Positions 43,961 to 54,355 of a stretch of 64,000 bases of DNA are shown in pieces (position 1 is the first letter of the stretch; each line of letters begins with the position of its first letter). Under the pieces are notes generated by a model. That model worked only from the letters and a program-made list of their open reading frames with translations, was not told where the DNA came from and did no database searches. The position numbers and the translations under genes are program-made. Origin of the DNA: Candidatus Oxydemutatoraceae bacterium (GTDB taxonomy: Bacteria; Pseudomonadota; Gammaproteobacteria; Poriferisulfidales; Oxydemutatoraceae); contig OZ244779.1 in NCBI GenBank assembly GCA_965219575.1, positions 96,001 to 160,000 on the forward strand, in the 5' to 3' direction.

Positions 43961-46945
43961 CTAGCCTTCAAAAATTTTATCTATCTCGTCCGTCCAGTAT
44001 TTTTCATACGCTTCCGCCGGAAACCTCTCGGGATTAAACATTAAAAGTTTGGTAGTTATCTCCCATTTTTTAAGGTAGCTAAATGATTTCGGGGTTTCTA
44101 TCGGTCCGAATAATTTCTTATAGCCGTCTATTTTGTGATAAGCATTTGTGTGTGCCGTCCCTTTGGGATCAACAAACACAATTTGATATTTATTGCCTTT
44201 GCACATCCAGAAAATAAAATCCGGGAAAAAGCGGCTATGGGAATTTGACTCACTGAAATACGGTATATAAATCTTGTCTAAGGATTCATCTACTTTACTA
44301 AACATCCATGCGTCCCACATACCATTGTTGTTTGTCGCAGTCCATTTTTCCAATCTATCGATAAACTCAACCTCGCTTTTTACTTTTATAATATGTTTTA
44401 TATAATCCGCCCGTTCATATCCCAGCACAACCGGCAGATAATAATGATTAGAAATCTGTTTGATATGCAATTTGCCGTTTTGAAAGTCGTCGTATTCGTC
44501 CTTTTCTTGTCCTGCAAGTTTCACCCGTAGCTCCTCGCGAGTAATCACCCCTTTCTTAAATTCTTCGAACAACTGATGCAGATTCTCGTCAAGTGTTCTG
44601 CCTGCCTTGACTGCATTTATTCTCTCTTGCAATTCTCTGGCTTTTGCCGCTTCTACGCAAATTTTTCGGAAATGGACGATATCTTCCTCCTCTTTAATCT
44701 TTCTAACTCCGTCGGTTTCTTGCACTTTTTCGTCAATGTGGGATAAAAGCCTCTTTTGTAGAAAAAATAATTGATCGTAGTCCTTGCTTTCATTAATTTC
44801 TATACTGTCTTCTTGTTTAATCACAGCTTCCAGTTTAGAAAGTTGCGGTGCTGTTAATCTATCCCGGACAATCAATACCGAACTTGAAGTTTGATCAAAC
44901 CATTGTCTAAATCTTTTTAATGTATTCTTGCTCATTCTGAACTTCGGCAATTCCTCCACATCTGGAGTCATTTCCCAATATTCAGGAACCAATAACGGCA
45001 TCTCAATGTCGGCATCGCTGATTTTCGGTCTCGGTGCCGGTTCAAATCCTTCTAACAATTCAAAAGACGCTCCCTCCTCGGTTTGCAATCCCTCCAGAAC
45101 AGCAATGATTGCTTTGCGATTGGTAGCAAACAAAAACAATGTTTCAATCGGCATCACCTCATTGGCGCACACTTCCAGCTTGTTTTTGATGCCTTCCTCT
45201 AAGTCGGGAGACAGAAGTAATTGTTCCAAACGCCTACGCTTGCCGGACAACGGCTGAATACGCACACCGCGACCGACCGACTGCACAACAAATTTCTTGG
45301 CATCCGTGCCTCCGATATTGATGAAGTTGATTATGTTCGGACGGTTAGAATCCCAGCTTTCAAAAAATGAGCGAGAACCCATCAGGATAGTAATAGGTTT
45401 TTTCTCTAAACTCTCAAAAAAAGATGTCTCTTGTAAAGTAGTCGTTTCCTCATAGCCGGCTAAAAATCTATTACGCCACTTAGATGTGTCTCCTATGCGT
45501 ATCAGCGCAAACGGGAAGTCTGCATTTTTCATCTGAAATGCCAATTCTTTGTTATCTTTACTACGCACATACTGCAATGTACCTTTCCTTGATTTGAGAA
45601 ACACCATTTTTCTTAACTTGGAGATAGTCATTGTTTTAATGGCTTCTCGGCTGTCGCCGATAATGGCTTTGCCGTCTGCTCCGAAAATCAGCTTGGCTTC
45701 TTGCCAATCGCCGATCAGTTCGGCTCTCGCCTCTGCAAAAAGCCCCTGATCAATTTCGCCGGTGGCAATATCTCGCAAAGTCTCAAAAAATGTCCATAAA
45801 TCGTTTTGCTCTCTATCAATGTCCGTATTAACCGAATTGACCAAGGTCAACATCAACGGCGAATGATACAGGTTGTCTCCCAAGCCGGTATCGTCACGCA
45901 ATTTATGTACCCTCTCGGAAACATACGCCAGTGTGATTAGCGATTTCAAAACAATTTTTCGTCTCTCCTTAGAACTGATCTCTTCCCTTCTGTCTCTAAA
46001 CGCGGAATACTCGCTTTTGTTCAGATAGATGTTTTTCCCGTGTCCGTTTTTTATAAACTCCTCCAAATTGTATTTCTTAACCGTTGTAGCAATATCTTCT
46101 TTATCGGTAAAAGTTGCCGAAAAATTAAAGAGAAACCCTGCCCGTGCCATCACCGCATAATACGCTTGACGCTTAGAATCTTCTTTGGTGCCTTTATGTG
46201 CTTCGTCCAGAAAGATAAACCATTTACCGTCATTTTGATACTCTCGGTAATCGGTCAGAGCCTCTTTCTGTACATCGGCAATGTTATCGCTACGATGATA
46301 ATACACCGGAATCATATCGCCTAATTGTCCTTGATATTGGAGATCGCTCTTGCGTAGGTCTATTAAGTTGATGGTTAAATCACGCGATTGATTAAACTCG
46401 TCTATCGTGTGCCTGATTTGTCTGAGTAAATGAGGACTCGGGGCAAGTATCAACATGCGGTGGTTCGGGATTTCTTTATGTCGTTGTAAAAAATGCAGAT
46501 ACTCTATCAGTTTAATCATCACCAAAGTTTTACCGCTTCCGGTTGCCATCCAAAAGCACATTCGGTTAATCAAATGATGATACGAAATAAAATCTCCGTT
46601 AGGTTCAATATACTCGGATAAAATACGAAAAACTTCATTTTGTTTATCGTATTTTTTGTCGTTGCGTCTCTCATATTTAGGTATATCGGAAAACTGCGAG
46701 GCAAGATATGAACTAAAAAAAAGATGTTTGCGCCGGTCGTTTGTTTGTTGCAATTCACCGTCTGCCCAATCACATTCGCCACCGTAATACTTAAAAAGTG
46801 CACACGCAGCCTTTTCCATAGCCGAACGTTGATAGTCGTATAGCTTTTTACTTTCCGAAAATGTGTAAATATCCGGCACCCACCAAGTTTCCGGCAATTC
46901 GGCATAATTGAAGGATTGGACTATGGATTCAAGGCTGGCGGTCAT
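43961..46945 (-). CDS. res: Type III restriction enzyme, Res subunit
   Basis: FWMATGSGKTLV, LDEAHKG, FSATF, QSVGRGVR, C-terminal FFPDF...VDPKG nuclease motif. Confidence 0.92.
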   Translation of the reverse strand: MTASLESIVQSFNYAELPETWWVPDIYTFSESKKLYDYQRSAMEKAACALFKYYGGECDWADGELQQTNDRRKHLFFSSYLASQFSDIPKYERRNDKKYDKQNEVFRILSEYIEPNGDFISYHHLINRMCFWMATGSGKTLVMIKLIEYLHFLQRHKEIPNHRMLILAPSPHLLRQIRHTIDEFNQSRDLTINLIDLRKSDLQYQGQLGDMIPVYYHRSDNIADVQKEALTDYREYQNDGKWFIFLDEAHKGTKEDSKRQAYYAVMARAGFLFNFSATFTDKEDIATTVKKYNLEEFIKNGHGKNIYLNKSEYSAFRDRREEISSKERRKIVLKSLITLAYVSERVHKLRDDTGLGDNLYHSPLMLTLVNSVNTDIDREQNDLWTFFETLRDIATGEIDQGLFAEARAELIGDWQEAKLIFGADGKAIIGDSREAIKTMTISKLRKMVFLKSRKGTLQYVRSKDNKELAFQMKNADFPFALIRIGDTSKWRNRFLAGYEETTTLQETSFFESLEKKPITILMGSRSFFESWDSNRPNIINFINIGGTDAKKFVVQSVGRGVRIQPLSGKRRRLEQLLLSPDLEEGIKNKLEVCANEVMPIETLFLFATNRKAIIAVLEGLQTEEGASFELLEGFEPAPRPKISDADIEMPLLVPEYWEMTPDVEELPKFRMSKNTLKRFRQWFDQTSSSVLIVRDRLTAPQLSKLEAVIKQEDSIEINESKDYDQLFFLQKRLLSHIDEKVQETDGVRKIKEEEDIVHFRKICVEAAKARELQERINAVKAGRTLDENLHQLFEEFKKGVITREELRVKLAGQEKDEYDDFQNGKLHIKQISNHYYLPVVLGYERADYIKHIIKVKSEVEFIDRLEKWTATNNNGMWDAWMFSKVDESLDKIYIPYFSESNSHSRFFPDFIFWMCKGNKYQIVFVDPKGTAHTNAYHKIDGYKKLFGPIETPKSFSYLKKWEITTKLLMFNPERFPAEAYEKYWTDEIDKIFEG

Positions 46946-49599
46946 TCACTGCCCCACCATAAATAAGGTTTTAACAGCGAGATAAAATGCATTTTCTCTT
47001 CCTCGTTCATCTTTGCCGGATTTATTTTTTCGTTGCTACTGTCGGCAAAAGTCACACTATCCGCAGTGCGCTTGCGAATTTGTTTGCCTAAGATATTGGC
47101 GAGGGATTCTGCAATATCAATATCGGGATAAAGTTGGTGTAAATCGATCTTCAGTTTGCCGTTCTTTAACGGCTCGACGCAGTAGGCAAGTTTGTCGTCG
47201 CCGAAAAACACATATTGCCCAAACGGAGATTTGGCACTGTCCAATTCTAACTGCTTGCCATCTTTATAGCGTGAATTCCTTAGTGTCTCTTCGTATTGTT
47301 CCAGTGCGTAGTATTTGAAGCAATGGCTACTACCTTGACGAGAAACCGGCTCTCCATCCTTCCAATCTTTCGAATAAACGACTTTTTTGATGCGCGGCAA
47401 TAGGACGGTATGAAAATACTCGCCCATTTCAATTAACAAGTATTTTCTATTTCCTCCGTCTTCGCGATTTAGGTTGATTACCGCATGCGCAGTGGTGCCG
47501 GAACCGGCGAAGTAGTCTAGCACTATTGAATGAGGATTTAAGCCGATGGTCAAAGAGTCCTCAACAGTATTTATACTCTTAGGATAAGAAAATCCTGTTT
47601 TGCTAACACCTAAGATGTTTTGTAATAGAATAGTGCCGTGAGATGAGGCGGCATAAGTAGGACCTGCCCATAAAGACTTCGGTATAGTTTTCTTTTTAAG
47701 CCTATCTTTTTCATAAACCACAAAACTTTCGCCGTTATTTTTTACAAAAATTTCGGTTTGAGCATTTTTCTGGACAAGGTCTTTACTCCATCTCCAGACC
47801 CTTTCATTTCCTGCTTTGTCGATCGGCAATATCTCTACTTCATCCTTTGATTTCCTTTCCACGGATATTTCCCCATTTTGAATATTGTAAAAAAGCGGAT
47901 AATAAAGATTAGGCCTATCTTCCCGCCTAGAGTTAGAACCGGTTCTTCTTAAAGCAACTTCTTTATATCTGCCTAAGGCATCTTCTTTGTTATACTTTTT
48001 GAAAAGATCTTTGTCTTTTTCAACAAATTTTCCTGTTTCAAGTTCTGCTATATCTTTTGCATATAATAAACAATAGTCATGGGCTGATGCTAAATGCTTA
48101 TCATCACTGCGCCCTCCCGGATTAGACATAATAGAAATATTTCCAATTAAATTCTCTATGCCAAAAATGGATTTCAGCATTACGCCAAGATATTCCATTT
48201 CTTCATCATCTATTGCCACCTCAATCAATCCACTAGCACATAAATAACACTTAGAAAGATTTATTCTGTTTTCTACCAAAGATAGAAAAGAAGAGTGCTT
48301 GTAATTATTTTTATAATCTATCCTTGTTGCGGCCGTGTTATAAGGCGGGTCTATATAAATGCACTTTACTCTTTCCTTATAGCGTTTCTTCAGCGTGTTC
48401 AGTGCTTGCCAATTCTCGCTATGCACCAGTTCTCCATCTAGTGCTTCGTCCAAATTTCCCAAGCAACCCAGGATTTCCAATTCCAAATCTTTGAAGTGTT
48501 TGGTGTCCAACGGTAAAAATTTATAGTCCGCGCCCACACCATTTGTATCGTCTATCCTTCCCTGCCCGTTGAATATCGTTTTTATCGAAAATGTATCGCC
48601 CACCATCCCCAGTTCGCACCATTCTTTTATTTGTGCTTTTGCGCCTTTGTGCTTAACTATCTTTTGTAGGGTCTTATCCGATAATTTATCCAGCGTCACC
48701 ACATAGTTTAGGTTGCGCACAAACTTAGGCTTTTCCCATACACGGCGGAGTTCATCCTCAAACTGCGAGATAAAATCGATAACATCATAGGCGATATCCT
48801 TGACTGCCTGAAGTTGCTTTATTCTCTGCTCTTCAAAGATAGTCTCTCCCTGAAAAATATACTGATAAGCCCATAAGTCAAATTGTTCTCGCAAAAAGCC
48901 TCTCGCGTCCTTGTTAATGAAATAATCCACCTCGGTTTGCCGACGAAAAACATTCATTGCTTTTTGAAGTTCGTCCTCGGTTAAATTGATTCCTGCCTTG
49001 CGAGATTCTCTAAGAATGTCGTCTACTTTCGTTTTTCTATTCCTTCCTGAATAATCAACTTTGAGATGAATAACTCTCTCTTCTCCGCTTACCACCTTAT
49101 CGAAAACAAAGATAAATTCACGCCGCTCGTTATTTCTTTTATGTTGACATTCGGTGGCATCAAAGTAAAAGTGTCTGGTGGCGTAAGACGCACTTGCATC
49201 GCCTAATTCAACCGGCATAGAACGCACCAACACATCGGATTTTACATAGTAGAGCATTTGTGTTTTCCACGACAATGCAACATCTTGTCCGTCTTGATAA
49301 ACGCGCTCATAGACCTTAGAAAATGCCGGAATATGCCTAAAGTAGATAGAACCACTTTCGCAAAAATAGCGATGAAAAAAAGTATAGAGCTTATCAAATA
49401 ATTCTCCACGAGAGTGTGTCCCCCATTCTGTTCGCTGATTGATCTTTTCCATCAACTGAGGACGAATAGAGCAAAAGTAGTCCCGCTTGATTTTCATTAG
49501 ATTGACAAAACCGGAGTCCCCTTCAACATTGGCACCAATAAACAAGTTTTCTAGTGCTTTCAGAAAACGGTCTTCTTTAGGTTGTGCGGGATAGGTCAT
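46942..49599 (-). CDS. mod: Type III R-M methyltransferase, Mod subunit
   Basis: IYIDPPYNT, YPKS, DYFAGSGTTAHAV; overlaps res by 4 nt. Confidence 0.92.
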   Translation of the reverse strand: MTYPAQPKEDRFLKALENLFIGANVEGDSGFVNLMKIKRDYFCSIRPQLMEKINQRTEWGTHSRGELFDKLYTFFHRYFCESGSIYFRHIPAFSKVYERVYQDGQDVALSWKTQMLYYVKSDVLVRSMPVELGDASASYATRHFYFDATECQHKRNNERREFIFVFDKVVSGEERVIHLKVDYSGRNRKTKVDDILRESRKAGINLTEDELQKAMNVFRRQTEVDYFINKDARGFLREQFDLWAYQYIFQGETIFEEQRIKQLQAVKDIAYDVIDFISQFEDELRRVWEKPKFVRNLNYVVTLDKLSDKTLQKIVKHKGAKAQIKEWCELGMVGDTFSIKTIFNGQGRIDDTNGVGADYKFLPLDTKHFKDLELEILGCLGNLDEALDGELVHSENWQALNTLKKRYKERVKCIYIDPPYNTAATRIDYKNNYKHSSFLSLVENRINLSKCYLCASGLIEVAIDDEEMEYLGVMLKSIFGIENLIGNISIMSNPGGRSDDKHLASAHDYCLLYAKDIAELETGKFVEKDKDLFKKYNKEDALGRYKEVALRRTGSNSRREDRPNLYYPLFYNIQNGEISVERKSKDEVEILPIDKAGNERVWRWSKDLVQKNAQTEIFVKNNGESFVVYEKDRLKKKTIPKSLWAGPTYAASSHGTILLQNILGVSKTGFSYPKSINTVEDSLTIGLNPHSIVLDYFAGSGTTAHAVINLNREDGGNRKYLLIEMGEYFHTVLLPRIKKVVYSKDWKDGEPVSRQGSSHCFKYYALEQYEETLRNSRYKDGKQLELDSAKSPFGQYVFFGDDKLAYCVEPLKNGKLKIDLHQLYPDIDIAESLANILGKQIRKRTADSVTFADSSNEKINPAKMNEEEKMHFISLLKPYLWWGSE

Positions 49600-49900
49600 T
49601 TATATATTTGGGTTGCAATCAAATTGCTTTCAATTTATCAAGATATGACGATTCGTCGTCACATAGATTGCGAAATTCATACTTCATTTTTCAGATTTAT
49701 AGCCTAATTTTTGTCGGTCGTGCCATTCTAGCATAGAGATTTAGGATACAACCGAACTTTCCGACGAACGGTAGTTGTGTATATAAACTATAGGAAATCA
49801 GAGCAATTTTCGGTTAATTCAAGATTGAAAAATGGATGTTCATCTGACATTATGGCTTATTTTTACCCACAATATAATCCGAGATATATGCTTTTGTGGT

Positions 49901-50500
49901 TCAGATAGCTCCCCCAATTCCTAACCACGCAGAGAGTTGCTCTTTAGCCTCCGCAACGCCTTGTCCGCTCTGTGCGGAGAACAGCTGTGCCAATGCCCGA
50001 TAATCGGTCAATGCTGCCGATGTTTTTTGCAGGCATCGTGCCGCCTCGCTGCGTTTTAGCTTGTCGGTTTTGTTCAGTAAAACATGGAAGGCAACATCAT
50101 TCAGCCAGTGGATCACTTGCCAATCGTTTTGCATTAGAGGGCGGCGGGCGTCCATTACGATGACGACACCTTGCAGGCTTTGCCGTTCGGCAAAGTATCG
50201 GGTGATGAAGGCAGACCATTTTTTTTGTTCGGATACGGCAGCGCGAGCATAGCCGTAGCCGGGTAGGTCTACGAGGCGTTTGTTCTTTATCACTTCGAAG
50301 AAGTTGATGGTTTGGGTGCGACCCGGTGTTTTGCTTGTCTTGGCAAGTTTACGGCGGGTGCAGATTGCGTTGAGCGCGCTTGATTTTCCGGAATTGGAGC
50401 GTCCGATGATGGCAACTTCGGCACCGTTATCCGGTGGGTACTGTTCGGGGCGTACCGCAGAAACGATGAATTGTGTTTGCCGGAAAGGATTGTTTTGCAT
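49901..50500 (-). CDS. engB: Ribosome biogenesis GTPase YihA/EngB
   Basis: GRSNSGKSS, TSKTPGRTQ, DLPGYGY, NKTDKL. Confidence 0.96.
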   Translation of the reverse strand: MQNNPFRQTQFIVSAVRPEQYPPDNGAEVAIIGRSNSGKSSALNAICTRRKLAKTSKTPGRTQTINFFEVIKNKRLVDLPGYGYARAAVSEQKKWSAFITRYFAERQSLQGVVIVMDARRPLMQNDWQVIHWLNDVAFHVLLNKTDKLKRSEAARCLQKTSAALTDYRALAQLFSAQSGQGVAEAKEQLSAWLGIGGAI

Positions 50501-50680
50501 TTGTCTTTATCGCCGCTTTGAATCAATGGACATGGGAAATTCTAACCGAATTTGTGGGTATATTATCTTGGGACTACCGAAAGACGAGTAGCCGGTATAA
50601 AAATAAGAGGTAGCAAGGCAATGTGTTAGCCAACAAAAACAAACCGCAAGATTGGGTTGCACCGCAAAGATATGATGCGG

Positions 50681-50935
50681 TTATTTGTCTTTATTTTTGA
50701 AGCGATCTCTGATATCTAATATTCCACTTATGAATTTTGTTGCGGCTGTTCCGACAGAAAGGACTACAAGTACACAACCCATTATCAAAAGGAAAATGTT
50801 ATCTAAAAGTATGCCTAATGCAGCCATAAACATTGATATTCCGCCTATAATTAAAATAGCCAGTATTTCTACTAGACTATTATCATTTTTTATCTCTCGC
50901 TGCCGGTAATCAGCAGAAGTATTCATTTGGTTCAT
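50681..50935 (-). CDS. Small two-TM hypothetical protein (paralog of 11474-11728)
   Basis: IKNDNSLVEILAILIIGGISM...RDRFKNKDK. Confidence 0.65.
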   Translation of the reverse strand: MNQMNTSADYRQREIKNDNSLVEILAILIIGGISMFMAALGILLDNIFLLIMGCVLVVLSVGTAATKFISGILDIRDRFKNKDK

Positions 50936-51104
50936 AATTATCCCTTTGTTTCAATACTCTTTCCTAAAGTATAAACTATCGATATTATATCAAAAAATAT
51001 TTACAAGAAGCCATTTTGAGGACAAGTTCGACTGTCCGATCTATATAGCAATGCTAAAACTCTGCACATTGTCACGCCGGTTGACCTACCGGCTCAATCG
51101 GCAG

Positions 51105-51665
51105 TCACTGGAGCGGACCTTCCAGAAAAACTTTGCTTCGGACGAGAATAGCCGGGTTCACGGTAAAATCCAAAGATCGCGGATTAAACATGGTGGTTAG
51201 GCCACCGGGAAATCCGCTATTGCCTACGCTCACAAGGGTAACAGTTATAGTTTTAGATGTCTCAGGATTATTCACTCTAAATTGTACTCTCACGCTTCGT
51301 GCGCCGCTATTCATGCAGATTTGGTATCGGGGGGGGGTAAAGTTAGGAATTAACATAAAATTACCATTAGGACAGTCGTTGTTATTGGTTATGACATTGA
51401 AATTACTGATTTCGCTACCACTGACACCGGCAATGCGAATGAGTACGCCTAACTGTTGATTTTTTGCAAGTGGGGAGGTTAAAGAAATGGTGAACTGTAT
51501 CGTGAGACCATTCGTTTGAGGGTTCTCTAAGTTGAGCGTCACCAAAGTTTGTGCAGAAGCTAGATTGGCAGATGCGAGCAACAAGCACAAACCAATATGC
51601 AGCAATATATGTTGCAGATATTTCATCAAGTATATATTTTTCATAAAATGTCTCTTATCCGCCAT
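51105..51665 (-). CDS. Secreted beta-sandwich protein with terminal KVFLEGPLQ
   Basis: Signal peptide ending LASA-QT; beta-rich body; same C-terminal motif as 7913-10195. The start may be further downstream. Confidence 0.72.
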   Translation of the reverse strand: MADKRHFMKNIYLMKYLQHILLHIGLCLLLASANLASAQTLVTLNLENPQTNGLTIQFTISLTSPLAKNQQLGVLIRIAGVSGSEISNFNVITNNNDCPNGNFMLIPNFTPPRYQICMNSGARSVRVQFRVNNPETSKTITVTLVSVGNSGFPGGLTTMFNPRSLDFTVNPAILVRSKVFLEGPLQ

Positions 51666-51729
51666 TATACTTTGTTATGAGAAGAGTCGTAGGGGAATTG
51701 ACCAACACTATACTTGTGCAGACACTTCG

Positions 51730-52013
51730 GGGGCTGTTGAAAAAGTACTGTGTTTGCACAATTGCAACCGCTTTGCGCCACATAATTATCCAACCCACCT
51801 GTAGGGGCAGACCTGTGTGTCTGCCCTTAAGTACCGTTCTGCACGACACCAACCGCTTGCGCCGCATGGTTTTGGTTTCCATAAATTGGATGGATGAATG
51901 TATAAACATAGTACAGATACGACACAACCACCCCGTCAGGCTGCGCCTGCCACCCCTCCAAAGGAGGGGAATGTACCGTCCCCACAGTTCGTGGATACTT
52001 TTTCAACAGTCCC
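51730..52013. mobile_element. MITE family A copy that has captured a family B hairpin
   Basis: TIRs and one REP; CAACCACCCCGTCAGGCTGCGCCTGCCACCCCTCCAAAGGAGGGG inside; ACTTCG on both flanks. Confidence 0.85.
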
Positions 52014-52100
52014 ACTTCGGCAACCACCTCGTCGGGCTTCTCTCTCCACAGGAGGGTAATAAATCGTCGGGTGCAACGGCAGATAGTATATACTACGATT

Positions 52101-53300
52101 ATGCAAGCGTATAACTACAAAGCGTACGACAAGTCGGGAAAAATCCGCAAGGATGTACTAGAAGCCGATTCGGAACGGCACCTCCGTCAACTGTTGCGTG
52201 AACGGGGTTTGATGCCCATAGAAGTCGCACCGGTGAGTGTAGGCCGTTCCTTATTTCAATTCAAAAGCAAGTTCAAAGGCAATAATCTCATGCTGTTGAC
52301 GCGGCAACTGGCAACCTTAGTCGGTTCGGGGATGCCTCTCGAACAAAGTTTGAGGCTGATGGCGGAACAAGCCGAGAATGTGACGATTAAGCGGCTGGTC
52401 AGTGCCATCAGAAGCCAAGTTGCAGAGGGACAATCGCTAGCGCATGCCTTAGAGAAAGCACCGGCGATTTTCCCGTCCGACTATATTGCAACGATTTCGG
52501 CGGGCGAGGAAACCGGACACCTGGAGCAGGTGTTGGAGCGATTGGCGGATGATGTAGAACACAGTGGCAAAGCGAAGCAATCCATGATGACCGCTTTGAT
52601 CTATCCGTTGCTGATGATGACCGTTGCCATCACCGTCATTATCCTGTTGCTGATTTATGTGGTTCCGCAGGTCACGCGGGTATTCGGCCAAATGGATCAA
52701 GAACTGCCCGGGCTGACGATTGCGTTATTGGCAATTAGCGATTGGTTGAAAAATTACGGGTTTTACCTGTTTGTGTTGTTGACCGGTAGTTTGGTCATTT
52801 TTTTGCTGATGCTACGAGATGCCGAAAAAAAGAAAAAATGGCACGGTTTTTTACTCAAAGTGCCGCGTTTAGGTTATTGGTTCGTCGTCGGTAATGTATC
52901 GGGGTGGGCGCGCAGTTTAGGGATGCTATTGGGTAGCGGTGTGCCGGCATTGGACTCTTTGAAAATCGCCTCGGAACGGGTTGATAATCTGGCACTCAAA
53001 AGCGACTTGGACGAAGTCGCAAACCGCGTCCGAGAAGGCGACAGCCTACACCAAGCACTACTCAAAGCCGATCGTTTCCCGCCTTTTTTGATTCATATGG
53101 TAAGTAGTGGCGAATCAAGCGGTGCCTTAGACAAAATGCTACTAAAAGTAGCCGATTATTACGACCAACGGCTTAAGACGGTGATTGATACCGGACTCAA
53201 GCTATTTGAACCGTTGTTGGTTATAATGATGGGTGGCGTGGTGCTACTCATCGTGATGGCGGTATTAGTGCCTATAATACAGATGAACCAGTTGATATGA
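52101..53300 (+). CDS. gspF: Type II secretion inner membrane protein F
   Basis: TRQLATLVGSGMPLE, AGEETGHL, ALIYP, SGESSGAL, FEPLL. Confidence 0.95.
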   Translation: MQAYNYKAYDKSGKIRKDVLEADSERHLRQLLRERGLMPIEVAPVSVGRSLFQFKSKFKGNNLMLLTRQLATLVGSGMPLEQSLRLMAEQAENVTIKRLVSAIRSQVAEGQSLAHALEKAPAIFPSDYIATISAGEETGHLEQVLERLADDVEHSGKAKQSMMTALIYPLLMMTVAITVIILLLIYVVPQVTRVFGQMDQELPGLTIALLAISDWLKNYGFYLFVLLTGSLVIFLLMLRDAEKKKKWHGFLLKVPRLGYWFVVGNVSGWARSLGMLLGSGVPALDSLKIASERVDNLALKSDLDEVANRVREGDSLHQALLKADRFPPFLIHMVSSGESSGALDKMLLKVADYYDQRLKTVIDTGLKLFEPLLVIMMGGVVLLIVMAVLVPIIQMNQLI

Positions 53301-53306
53301 GGAACA

Positions 53307-53714
53307 ATGAATAGATATAGATTATGCAGAAAAAAGCAAGCAGGTTTCACCTTGATAGAGATTATGGTCGTGGTGGTCATACTCGGCGTGTTGGCGGCAT
53401 TGGTCGTTCCGTCTATTATGGAACGTCCGGAGCATGCACGACAGGTGCGCGCCAAACAAGATGTGCGCACTTTGGTCAATGCAATCAATCTATACCGCCT
53501 GGATAATTTCGATTATCCGTCCGATTTATCCGAACTTGCATCCGGAGGTTATCTAGACAAGGTGCCGACAGATCCATGGAACAACAATTATCAATATCGC
53601 AATCCCGGTAGCCGTAATCCCGGGAAATTCGACATCTACAGTTACGGCAAAGACGGCAGAGACGGCGGCAATGAATTTGATACAGATATCGGCAACTGGA
53701 ATCTTGACCAGTAG
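53307..53714 (+). CDS. gspG: Type II secretion major pseudopilin G
   Basis: GFTLIEIMVV, YRLDNFDYP, PTDPW, DIYSYGKDG, DIGNW. Confidence 0.96.
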   Translation: MNRYRLCRKKQAGFTLIEIMVVVVILGVLAALVVPSIMERPEHARQVRAKQDVRTLVNAINLYRLDNFDYPSDLSELASGGYLDKVPTDPWNNNYQYRNPGSRNPGKFDIYSYGKDGRDGGNEFDTDIGNWNLDQ

Positions 53715-54342
53715 ACGAAGTAGCTATCACTCTCATCATCACGCAAGCGAATTAGGTTTTACTTTAATAGAACTGCTCACCGTAGTACTAATCGTTTCTA
53801 TTATCATCGGTGCGGGCATTTTATCGGTGTCGGTGGGTGATCGCGGACGGGTTCAGGAAACAATGCGCAACACGGTAAGCATGATGAATGCGATGGCCGA
53901 CGAGGCGATACTCAGCGGTCGACGCTATGCGATGGCGTGGGACGAGAAAGCACACTACTTACAGCCTCTGTGCAGAAACGAAGAGCAACGAGATTGGGAA
54001 TGTAGTACCACCTGTTTTCCGAACGGCTGTAATGACATAAAAGTTTCATTACAAACCGGCTGGAAACTTTTATTTCAAGATGCCGAAGGCAGCGAGTTTA
54101 GTTCGGTGAGCGAGTATGTGGAGCTCAGAGAACAAGAACAACCGGACGACGACGAGGATTTAAATCTGGACGAAGACGAGCAACAAAAAAAACCGCAATG
54201 GCGACCCCTCGTGCAATTTCATCCCACCGGTCTTTGGGAACCGAGCGGAACGATGCGCGTGGTCTTCGATGAAAAGAAACATCTCAGCTTAAGTTGGACG
54301 GCAACCGGGCGCGTGCGTTTCGGCGAAGCAAAAGAGTATTGA
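53671..54342 (+). CDS. gspH: Type II secretion minor pseudopilin H
   Basis: GFTLIELL prepilin site; position after gspG. The start may be TTG 53704. Confidence 0.85.
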   Translation: MNLIQISATGILTSRRSSYHSHHHASELGFTLIELLTVVLIVSIIIGAGILSVSVGDRGRVQETMRNTVSMMNAMADEAILSGRRYAMAWDEKAHYLQPLCRNEEQRDWECSTTCFPNGCNDIKVSLQTGWKLLFQDAEGSEFSSVSEYVELREQEQPDDDEDLNLDEDEQQKKPQWRPLVQFHPTGLWEPSGTMRVVFDEKKHLSLSWTATGRVRFGEAKEY

Positions 54343-54355
54343 TGCGGTATATCTT

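Noticed and set aside
46942-49599. Phase-variable simple repeat in mod (phasevarion)
   Set aside because: No tandem tetra- or pentanucleotide tract and no long homopolymer was seen in the ORF.
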